From contig NW_003314263.1 of assembly GCF_000143415.4 (NCBI RefSeq), forward strand, positions 4,413,008 to 4,463,058: a stretch of 50,051 bases of DNA, in the 5' to 3' direction. Of this stretch, positions 38,501 to 47,539 are shown one piece after another; within the stretch, counting starts at the first letter, position 1, and each line of letters begins with the position of its first letter. The DNA comes from Selaginella moellendorffii. Its lineage: Eukaryota; Plantae; Lycopodiophyta. The position numbers were made by a program, and so were the translations under genes. The notes under the pieces were generated by a model. The model worked only from the letters and a program-made list of their open reading frames with translations. It was not told the DNA's origin and ran no database searches.

Positions 38501-38630
38501 GGCCCCCACAGAGGTGACGCTCCTTCCTGTAAATCAATGGGACAGTCATAAGGTCAATGAATAGGCAGTACACTAGCTTTTTTCTTGTCAAACACATCCT
38601 CAAAATCATGATACTTTTCAGGAAGACTAA
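35597..38630 (-). pseudogene. Ty3/Gypsy chromovirus pol (RT-RNaseH-integrase-chromodomain), multiple stops
   Basis: [59 protein letters not shown] and EYEVQDILD..YLVDWKGYG. Confidence 0.95.
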
Positions 38631-38994
38631 GGAGAAACATGCAAAGCAAAAAGGAAAATAAGTTCTTCATGAAGGAGTTCTTTCATAGTGATTGTGGAGA
38701 TAGGAGGTGGTGTATGACTAAATGGAATGATGAGACGAGGATACTGTCCAGTGAAAGATGGAAGAGAGGAAAAAAAAGAGGGTGAAAACTTCGGTTGATT
38801 GTGTTTTTATTTTATTTTTTGCTTTCAAACAATCAAAATGAGCTAAAGCAAAAAATAAAATAAAAACACAATCAATGCATGATGTATCAATATAGTCCCT
38901 CAGTGTCATTTTCCATTTTATTTTTTGCTTTAGCTCATTTTGATTGTTTGACTACCTTTGCCTATTTTCCCCCTTTTTTCTTTCTTCTTTGCCG

Positions 38995-39282
38995 ATGGAG
39001 TCTCCAAGCCATCCTGATTTCTTTGCCGAAGTCCTTACAAGCATCCAGTCTGAGAATACCGAGCTGAAGGCAACCCTTCTTCGCATGCAGCAGGAGCTTG
39101 CTTCACTTTCAGCTCAAGGATCCAATAAAGTTTCTGAACCAAAGGTGAGTTTCTTGGTGAAACTTTCAGGCAAGCCTTCGGAGCTTCGCAGATTCCTGAA
39201 CCAGATGGAGCTGATCTTTGCACTTCAACATCAGTGGTACCCCACTCCCGAGTCTCAAATTGGCACAATTGGGACGTTGCTC
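38995..39282 (+). pseudogene. Gypsy gag N-terminus truncated by telomeric repeats
   Basis: EPKVSF..KLSGKPSELRRFLNQMELIF..YPT..IGTLL runs directly into AAACCCTAAA; opposite strand to the adjacent pol. Confidence 0.75.
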
Positions 39283-39371
39283 AAACCCTAAACCCTAAAC
39301 CGATATCTGACGTGTTTAGGGTTTAGGGTTTAGGGTTTAGGGTTTTAGGGTTTAGGGTTTAGGGTTTAGGG
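39283..39371. repeat. Interstitial telomeric tract with inverted start
   Basis: AAACCCTAAACCCTAAAC, 13-nt spacer CGATATCTGACGT, then about 8 TTTAGGG units. Confidence 0.92.
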
Positions 39372-39543
39372 TTTAGGCGCGTTTAGGCGTTTAGGGTCAA
39401 AGGCACCCCGTGGTGCTGCAATCCGGCGAGATCGCTGAACGTGTATGTACATTCCCCATGTCCCAATGGGACTAATACAAAAAATTGGCGTGCCGCCCTC
39501 TCAATGAGCTACTCTACGTGATCCTCATATGCCGCAGCTAGAC

Positions 39544-42500
39544 CTAGTCCTGGAGTAGAAGTGGACGTGGTCGTCTCGAGCGAATCATGTCGATGTCCAA
39601 GTCTCCCCCATGAGCTGATCTTAGAACAGAGTCTGGGGGGCGCCACTGCCAGCGAATCTCGCCACCTCCCAATTTGCCGAAGCATGGGAGCCACCTAGAT
39701 CTCCGCTCCTCGAGCTGCCTCGGTTTCGCCTGCTCTTTCAGGATGGTGTAGTGAAGACGCACCGCTGCAAGAGTGAGTCTCCACCATGATACCACCACTG
39801 CCGATATTCTCGCTTGCTACCCATCAAAGCGACAGTGGTTCCGTGCCTCCCAAAGTGCCTGCAGTCCTGTTGCCCTCCAAATGGACCAGCGCTCATGGCC
39901 CAACGCCTCCCAGATGGACATCCCAACTTCAGCCCCTGTCACGTCCCACCGGACTCGCATGTTCCATCGGTGCCGTCCGTAGCAGCGGATACGCCTCCAA
40001 GCTGGACCAATGGCTGGGCCTCTAGCTCCCTCAAACCAGTGGAGGATATCCCCACTCCGAGCCTCAAACTCTGGAATGTCGCCGAGTTCCTGCGTCGCCT
40101 TGAAGATCTGTCGCCAAACTTCTCTTGCCACGTCACATTCCCATAGGACATGTCGCGTTGTCTCCAGCTCGCCACACTCCTTACACCGTCGGCATGCTTC
40201 TTCCTGGAACCGCTGTCCTACCGGCAGCCCGTTATTTGCCACCAACCAAGAGGTGGCCTTGACTTTCTCCTGTACCGGTAGTTTCCAGAACGCAAGCGTG
40301 TTGCCCACCACCTGATTAGCTTCAACTCCTTGCTCGATCCATTTCTTCCAGAGCTTGGGGATCTCCCCTCGGGCCTCCTCCCTGCCGGTCAAGAGACCAT
40401 CCCTTGCTTCCTTGACGCCGAAGGAGAAGAAGCTTCTCGCTCCTCGTTTCCATGCTGCGGGGTCCCAATCTAGATCCTCGATGAGCTGCTGTCGCCACCA
40501 TCTAAGAATGCCTTCCCCCTCTAGTGCTGCCAACGATTGAACCACCACCGACTGCTTCGGAGCCTGTCGTATTACTCGAATCCTACCCTTGACCTCGTCA
40601 TCCGTCACCATCGGCATGACCTGTTCGTCCCCTGCTGGCAACAGCATGTCGCCTCTCAAGACTCGAAAAGGACGCCCAACATTTTGGTCTGGAGACACAA
40701 CGAACCATACCTCCACATCCCTGTCCTCCCAAGCTGGTGTTGGGGCCGTAAACGCCCGTGTCCAGGCCCCCAAGCTAACTCGTTCCCTATCTGGCTCCAC
40801 GTCCCGTTGCAGAGCCACAAAGTCTCCAGATTTGAGACAACGCCTAGGCCAGAGCTGCCCCTGCTTCGCCTCACTCACAGCTCTGATAATGCGAAGAAGA
40901 TCAAGGTGGACTTTCCTCCACCGTCCCGGGTTAAAGACCTGCATATGCCTCGTAGTCTTCCTCCTGTCCTTGTCCAGAACCCGCACCAGTTGCTTGAGAG
41001 TTCGGAAGCCTGCGCTATGTAGCTTTCTCCAGATTGTGTAGTGGTCCTCCCTGCCCAGCGTCCTGTCATCCAGTTTGAAGAGGTCGTTGAAGAACAGGGG
41101 CTGGTTCAGCCAGTCCTCCGCTCGCCCTAGCAATTCCCTGCTGACTGGAAACGCGCTCCATAACCGGAGAAACCCCTGGACTAGAGTGCCGCCCTTGACT
41201 ACTTGTTTCGGCCCCTCGGCAAAGAGCCAACGTGGATCTTCTTCCCACGGTCTTGCAGTGTTGTGCTTGGGCCGGATTGCCAACAAGTTCTGCCTAAACA
41301 TGAGTCTCCAAGGTTGATTACCTGGTTGAAGGCCCATGAGGAGGATTTTGTACCGTAGCGCCTTCGCCATGTTGCTTGGATCGATTACTCCAAGTCCTCC
41401 CAAGACTCGCGGACATGCTGTAGATTGCCACGCGACCTTGGCCATGCTCCTCCCTGTGACCAGAGCGCCCCGCCACAAATACTGACGGACCATCGTGCGT
41501 ACCTTTCTAAGAGTGCGTTCTGGAACAGGCCAGATGGAGAGGTGGTACCAGATGCCGGGCAGAATGATGCTCCTAGCGACCACCACTCTCGCTGGCAAGC
41601 CGAGTTTCCGGGGAGCCCACTTCTGGATTGACGTTCGTACCCGTCGGAGCAAGGTGTCATCCTGAAGTGCTGCACTGAACCGAGTACCAACCTGGATCCC
41701 CAGGTACCTAGCGTCTTCTCCTGGTTTGAGCCACTGGAAGCCGATGTCCTGCCCCCAAGATTCAATGCCTGGTCGCCCCCAATTTATGCCCACTGATTTG
41801 TTCCAGTTAATTGCTGCACCAGCCGCGAGGTTGAACGTCTCCAATGCCTTCTTAGCTGCATCCATGTTCTCCTTAGTCGCAAGTAGGAACAAGGCAGTGT
41901 CGTCCGCAAAAGCACCATCAAGGAGTTCCCGAGACACCCTTGTGGTTCCCGGAAGTTGCTGTCTCGCAGCTGGCAGTGTGAGTCCTTTAATGCGTCCGCC
42001 TTCCGCTAGAAACGTGCCCAGGGCCTCAGCCACAATCAGAAAAAGATAGGGTGCTAGTGGACACCCTTGGCGTACTGAACGTCCCAGCTGGAAACTCGGT
42101 CCCGTCTCTCCATTGATTGTGACTCTGCTTGCGGCTCCTCGGTACAGTAACGAAATCCTAGCGACCATCTCTCTCGGGATGCCGATCGTGTTCATGCACT
42201 CCTCTAGGAACCTCCAGTCCACCCGATCGTAGGCCTTCTCGAAGTCCAATAGCCATGCTGCAGTTTGTTGGTTAGAGATCTCTGCCCATCTCTGAGCCAG
42301 CAGGTACGTCCAGATGTTTTCTGCGATTTGCCGCCCTGGAACAAACCCTGTCTGCTGCTCCCGGATGATCAGCGGCATGACAGCTTGGAGCTTGAGGGTC
42401 ATTGCTTTGGCATAGACCTTGTAGGACGTGTTGAGCATGGTGATTGGCCTCCAATTCTTCAGCTCCTGCAGGTCCCCCCTCTTTGGAATAAGCGCAATCT

Positions 42501-43383
42501 GGCCCTCAAGGATCTCACGGGGCAAGGTCCCATCACGTTGAGCATCCCACCATGCTTGTAGCAGCAGCGGGCCTATGGTCTCCCAGTGCTCCTCGAAGAA
42601 AATGGGCAAGAGGCCATCGATACCTGGCTGCTTGTCATTGCTGAGCTTCCTGAGCGCTTCCCGAAGCTCCTCCAGTGTGAAGTCCGTCTTCAGTGAGTCG
42701 TGCCACTCATGCCGTATGCGAGATGAGGCGTAAATCCGGTCCAGTCTCGACTGGGAGGATACTGTCTGTCGCCTTGTAAAAGGGTGAGTGTGAGGTGCGA
42801 ATCCCGCAGCATGCTGAAGGTCCATGAGCCCCAGTATGTCCATGAGCTGACTCCATTGCTTCTGTTCACGTGGCTGAATTGTTACCTGCATACCCCTGCG
42901 ATCACAGACGTCCTCGACCATGTTGAAATCTCCCAGGACCAGCCATTCATCTGCTTGCCCCTGGGCAGACTGTAGCACACTCAGCCAGAATTCTGCACGT
43001 CTCCCTTTCTTCGTTGGTGCATAGACGTTGATTATCCCCACCCGTCCAAAGTGGAGGTGAAGGACAAGCAATTGAGCCTTTCCTGGGACGAGGACAAGGT
43101 GGTTTCGTACCTGAGCAGACCATTTGGTTGAGACTACCACTGCTGTGCCCCCTCCTGGTCTGGCCACTGCTTGCGTGGCCGGGTTCCACCAGAGCCGTCC
43201 CCTCATTCCAAAGGTGTAGTCTGGGGCCACAGTCATTTTGTGCTCTTGCAAGCATAGGATGTCGATATCTCCTTCTAAGCTGATCTCCCGGATGTGGGAC
43301 TTGAGCTGCGCCCTTTTGTTGAGTCAACTGCCGGTCCAGCTGAGTCCCCGGCAGTTCCAGGTGACGAGCGTGAGGGTTGTCAT
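39544..43383 (-). pseudogene. LINE ORF2: APE endonuclease - reverse transcriptase - zf-RVT, with two premature stops and an internal deletion
   Basis: ATG at 43383; TWNCRG, LCLQE, NVYAP, GDFN, SRLDR; WRPITMLN, DFEKAYD, RQGCPLAP, FADD; CRRC..H..W.C. TGA at 43324-43326 and TAG at 39817-39819 (a Gln codon in copy 2). Confidence 0.93.
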
Positions 43384-46300
43384 GGAGCCACGTACTTCCA
43401 AGAAAGTGAGGAGTTACGGGGTCTCGCCCTCCATTCTGTGGAGATGGTCCACACCGCAGTCATCTTCCCCCTGTGCTTCGTCCAGGAGAAGCCACGGACA
43501 GTGTACTTCGCAAAGCCCGTCCACTCAGTGATAGCACTCTCCATGCGTGTGTGGTAGTCTCCAATAGTGACGACCTCTGGGAAGGCTGTGATCCCGCGGC
43601 ACATCAGCCAGTCTCCCGCCTCTGTGGGACTTAATTCCCGCTTAGGGGGAATCCACCTGACCGCCATTCCTACTGTTCGAGGGAGGACCGGCTGGAAGCC
43701 ATCTCCTTCGACATCCGTAATAGGTCCCTCGAACAGTTTGGGCTGTGAGGATGAGCCCAAGAGTGGTGGGGCGACCGGGAAGCGAATGTGGGGAGCTTGG
43801 TCCGAAGGGCGTGCCTTCAAGATCCGCTCCTGCTCTGCAGGTAGCTCAAACGGCTTCTGGGATGCCAACCTGTTCCGCTTGACTGAGCAGGCCTCCTCCC
43901 GGTGTCCAGCACGCTGACAAAAGTTGCATCTAGGTTCTGAGTTCTCCGTTTGGATCCTGATATACTGGCCTAGCACTGCGATCTCTGTCGGGATTTCCGC
44001 CGGGGCTGACACGAAAACTTTGAGGCGGATGGGACCTAGAACACCCTCTGCTTCTACAGTGTCGAGGCCGGCCGCTATCTGGCCGATACTTCCTTCAACC
44101 AGCTCCTGTATCACCAATGTGATCCGCATTTCCATGGGAACGTCCCACAATGCAATGTTCACTGGAAAGCTCCCGCCCTTGAGACGAGCCTGGTCCTCTG
44201 CGGTGAACCTTGGGATCCATGGGTGGAATGACACCGCCCAATTCTCGTCAATGAGGCCATGCATGGCCTCCGCCTGAGACCGTGCCTCCTCTGTCTCAAA
44301 GACGACTGTGTAGCAGCCCTTTCCATGTGGCAGCATCATCTTCATGAGGATTCCCTGGCCTAGCGTTGCATTGATCCAATCGTTAGCCATGCGACCTGTT
44401 GGAAACTTCCCTCTGAAAACAGCGATCAGGGCCTTCTTGCGGAGTTCCTCTTCCTTCTCTGCTACTGCTCTTTGCAGAGTCTCAGCCAGCTTGACAGGGA
44501 CTGCCTTTCCTCTTGTGTCGTCGTGGATCAAGTCACTTCCGCCTTCCCCTGCTGCTGCCACCTTGTGGACTTCGGCCTGACCAGGTGTTCCCCAGTTCAC
44601 GTTATGTGAGGTGTGCTCCTTGTTAACATCACTGTTCCCGTCCGAGGAGTGCAGCGCTTCCACCACCTTTCTGCAGCCCCGAGTCTTCCTCACTCTCGAT
44701 TGGGCTTTTGCCACTTGCTCCGGGGTGTCAACCTCCTGGTTCTGGTGCACCCGAGACTCTGTCCTCTTGTCTGGCAGAGCGTGCTCCTCCTCGAGAAAGG
44801 CTTCAACTGTGTTTGTCCAGGCCGGGTCCTCCTTGGCAAGTCTCAGAGTTTTAAGCTTCCGCCGCGTTGCTCGCTTCACTTTCTTCTTCTCACGTTTGGT
44901 CTTCCTCTTGTTGAAGGCATCACGGTCCTGGAACTGAAGTGTGCCATCTGACTGTTCCTCCAGTGAGCGCTCCGTCTCTGGCTCCGTTTCTGGCTCTTCG
45001 AGTCCCTCTTCAACTGTTGGTGTTGGCATGGTATCCAACTTGCCACCTTGCTCTTGCGCCCATGCATCAAAGAGATCCGCTTGCTGTGTGACCACTGCCT
45101 TCGTGATTAACTCTTGAGCTTGACGCAGTGCAGGTCCCAACACGAGGTCCTCCCCCAAAGGGTTCAGGTCCAGCTCTCTGATTGTGCACATCAATGTTGA
45201 CTGGAGTTCTTTGCGTACTGGAAGCGGAGAACTTTGGATCCTTTCCTCAAAGTGGCGAGGGTCCCAGACCAGCATCCCTGCCTTGTCGAGTCGTGGGAAT
45301 GGAGAGGGAAGCGACTCCTTCTGCTCCTCATGTGGTGTTGTGGGAGAGTCCGGATCTGATTTCCTCACTTGTTGCAAGTGCGCAGGGTCCACCTGGTGTG
45401 TTTCCTCCTGTACTCTCGCATGTACTGGATCAGGGATGAGCCCAGCCACGTCTGCAAGAGTTTCAGGGTGGGACGAGGGGTTCCCACCAGCTGGGCATGA
45501 ACTTGATGCATTCCCATAAGCAGGGAGTGTGCCAGCTGCCCAGTCCTTCCGAGTCCTGAGGTTCTCTGTTAGAATTGCGAGAGCTGCACGACGTGCATCC
45601 CACAGAGAGATGTTCTCCACGTCTACCCCATCCTCTAGTTGGTGAGTTAGCTGCGAGACTTCTTGCTGGATTCGCTGTGCCGACTCTCGACACACCTGTT
45701 CCGTGAACTGCTCACTGTTCCAAAAGACTATACCACCGCTTGCAGGCTTCGGCAAGACCAAGTGTAGACAATCTGTGCTATCTCCACCCTGTCTCAAGTC
45801 CGTGCAGCGCCTCGTCACTGGGGGCTGTGGGCTGGATCGGGGCCTCACACTTGAGGAACGAGCTGGTGAGGCTGGGAGTGAAGCTCTGGGCTTGTTTGTC
45901 AGGTCCGACAAGCATCTGTGGGCAAACTTCAGTGTCCGAAGCGGCAGCTCCTTGTTCAGTCCTAGGACCACGGCTGAACGATCTGGCTCTCTGGAGATCT
46001 CTTGGCTTGGTTGTGCCTCTGAATGGGGGATTGTGAACTCACCTTCTAGTGAGGCTTCCATGTTGAGCCTGCAGGACAGAAGTGCACCGTCCTGTTTCCC
46101 TCTGTTTTTGGACGTTCTGGGTGGGGCAGACTTGAGTTCTCCTGTCCCACGTCCTGGCTTTGCTGCTGCTGCACGTGCTGCTGCTCTAGTGGTGACGCCT
46201 GCCCTGACCCTGGTGTGGCGCTCCTGTACTTCTGTGAGACATCCATCCCTGTGAGTCCCCTCGACGGCGAAAGTGCTTGGGATAATTCCCCGCAAGCCTT

Positions 46301-46781
46301 CCTGACTTGTAACTGGCCCGAGACCCTCACGAAGCTCCTGAACTCCAGCCAATGACCAAGCAAGTGGGTGAGGGGAGGTAGCTTCGTCCTCTCCACCACT
46401 CTCAATGGGCACCTCGTCTCTGGCTTGGCTTTTGCTTCCAGCTTGTTCCAGGACCTGGCCATCCCCCAGCCCTGAAACATCCACCACTTCTATCCCGTGG
46501 TTCTCATCTTGCTGGGTTGCTTCCTTGCGTGGCTTGCTTGCTGCCTTGCACAGCAATGTTCTGGCCGTTGATACAGAGGGCCCTTTCCTGTCCTGGCTTG
46601 CTGCTATACGTGTGCCAGAACCCCGACCTTGTAACAGGCCTCCTCGCGGGAGTCGAATGCTGAGGCCCCTACCTCGCCCTCCACGACCTTGAGAGCTCAG
46701 TTTGATGGGCGTGGATGCTGTGATTCCCCTGCGGCTGTTCTCCATGCTGCTGACAGGGGAGTGAGTACACAGCAGAAGCAA
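43380..46781 (-). CDS. LINE ORF1 (long disordered N-terminus, RRM-like region, CCHC knuckle)
   Basis: Open for 1133 codons; CNFCQRAGHREEAC; its stop overlaps the ORF2 start (ATGA). First in-frame ATG is at 46745. Confidence 0.85.
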   Translation of the reverse strand: MLLLCTHSPVSSMENSRRGITASTPIKLSSQGRGGRGRGLSIRLPRGGLLQGRGSGTRIAASQDRKGPSVSTARTLLCKAASKPRKEATQQDENHGIEVVDVSGLGDGQVLEQAGSKSQARDEVPIESGGEDEATSPHPLAWSLAGVQELREGLGPVTSQEGLRGIIPSTFAVEGTHRDGCLTEVQERHTRVRAGVTTRAAARAAAAKPGRGTGELKSAPPRTSKNRGKQDGALLSCRLNMEASLEGEFTIPHSEAQPSQEISREPDRSAVVLGLNKELPLRTLKFAHRCLSDLTNKPRASLPASPARSSSVRPRSSPQPPVTRRCTDLRQGGDSTDCLHLVLPKPASGGIVFWNSEQFTEQVCRESAQRIQQEVSQLTHQLEDGVDVENISLWDARRAALAILTENLRTRKDWAAGTLPAYGNASSSCPAGGNPSSHPETLADVAGLIPDPVHARVQEETHQVDPAHLQQVRKSDPDSPTTPHEEQKESLPSPFPRLDKAGMLVWDPRHFEERIQSSPLPVRKELQSTLMCTIRELDLNPLGEDLVLGPALRQAQELITKAVVTQQADLFDAWAQEQGGKLDTMPTPTVEEGLEEPETEPETERSLEEQSDGTLQFQDRDAFNKRKTKREKKKVKRATRRKLKTLRLAKEDPAWTNTVEAFLEEEHALPDKRTESRVHQNQEVDTPEQVAKAQSRVRKTRGCRKVVEALHSSDGNSDVNKEHTSHNVNWGTPGQAEVHKVAAAGEGGSDLIHDDTRGKAVPVKLAETLQRAVAEKEEELRKKALIAVFRGKFPTGRMANDWINATLGQGILMKMMLPHGKGCYTVVFETEEARSQAEAMHGLIDENWAVSFHPWIPRFTAEDQARLKGGSFPVNIALWDVPMEMRITLVIQELVEGSIGQIAAGLDTVEAEGVLGPIRLKVFVSAPAEIPTEIAVLGQYIRIQTENSEPRCNFCQRAGHREEACSVKRNRLASQKPFELPAEQERILKARPSDQAPHIRFPVAPPLLGSSSQPKLFEGPITDVEGDGFQPVLPRTVGMAVRWIPPKRELSPTEAGDWLMCRGITAFPEVVTIGDYHTRMESAITEWTGFAKYTVRGFSWTKHRGKMTAVWTISTEWRARPRNSSLSWKYVAP

Positions 46782-47342
46782 AAAAGGGGAACAATACTTC
46801 CCTGAATCTCACGGCGGATGCCCCCGCCGACGGTAGCAAGTGTGGGGAGATTGCACGCTCTCCCCTAAGCGCTCTTCTACCTCTGGCTGCGCCTCCGATC
46901 ACGGCAGCCATGGTATTGGGCGCTTTCCTCCACGTCCTCCCCAAAAAACGTCCAACATTAGGGTTTTTTGCGCGCGCGCACACAATATACAATCCGGCGA
47001 GATCGCGGCGCCACTTTGTGCAATCCACATTCTCCGTGTGCTGTTGTCGAGACGGCGTGATCGAGAGCAAGGAGAGGAGGCAAGAGAATGAATTTTCATT
47101 CATTCGCGAGCGAGGGAGACGACAAGAGACAACCCGGTTTAGGGTTTAGGGTTTAGGGTTTAGGCGCGTTTAGGCGTTTAGGGTCAAAGACACCCCGCGG
47201 TGTTGCAATCCGGCGAGATCGCGGCACCACTTTGCGCAATCCACATTCTCCATGTGCCGTTGTCGAAACGGCGTGATCGAGAGCAAGTAGAGGAGGCAAG
47301 AGAATGAATTTTCATTCATTCGCGAGCGAGGGAGAAGACAAG

Positions 47343-47400
47343 AGACAACCCGAGACCGGTTTCGTCCTTTTTGGGACTCATCAGCCGGGTGTAGTCGTCT
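47343..47400 (-). ncRNA. Type I hammerhead ribozyme (minimal, palindromic stem III)
   Basis: RNA ACCCGG-CUGAUGA-GUCC CAAAAA GGAC-GAAA-CCGG-UC^UCGGGU: full catalytic core, 6-bp stem I, 4-bp stem II, GUC cleavage triplet (cut between 47354 and 47353). Confidence 0.92.
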
Positions 47401-47434
47401 AACGTCTACCCTAACCCTAGCTCGGCGCCGGCTC

Positions 47435-47462
47435 TACTTATATTCTGGCTCTGTCACGTGGC
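47435..47462 (-). promoter_or_regulatory. Candidate promoter of the telomeric unit (G-box + TATA)
   Basis: GCCACGTGAC (47453-47462) and TATAAGTA (47435-47442) lie upstream of the ribozyme on the same strand; motif evidence only. Confidence 0.35.
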
Positions 47463-47539
47463 GCGAGTCCGAGTGGCAGCCATGCGAAGTGCATGGCGGC
47501 GTTGGCTCGCGAGTATGCGAACGTAGCACAGCTGGTGTT

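Larger units (their letters stand above)
39436..46989 (-). mobile_element. End-to-end L1/Tx1-type non-LTR retrotransposon (copy 1) with perfect 17-bp TSD
   Basis: TSD CAATCCGGCGAGATCGC at 39419-39435 and 46990-47006; empty-site equivalent at 47206-47222; two ORFs; no poly(A) tail. Confidence 0.95.
47159..47539 (-). mobile_element. Telomere-embedded non-coding unit (hammerhead-bearing, Penelope/retrozyme-like), longest copy
   Basis: Other copies: 39372-39435+47007-47136 (split by the LINE), 47600-47666, 48161-48200 and inverted 24559-24625. All but the 48161 duplicate share the TTTAGGCGCGTTTAGGCGTTTAGGGTCAAAG-type end and differ at the distal end. Confidence 0.75.

Noticed and set aside
39372-39435. 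Unit sequence as part of the LINE 3' UTR
   Set aside because: The perfect TSD and the empty site at 47206-47222 show it is target DNA, and copy 2 has it in the reverse orientation.
47159-47539. Telomerase RNA gene (CCCTAAA-containing transcript with TATA)
   Set aside because: No recognisable USE element. The C-rich repeats are at the 3' end rather than forming an internal template, and the unit is multicopy, truncated and contains a hammerhead.
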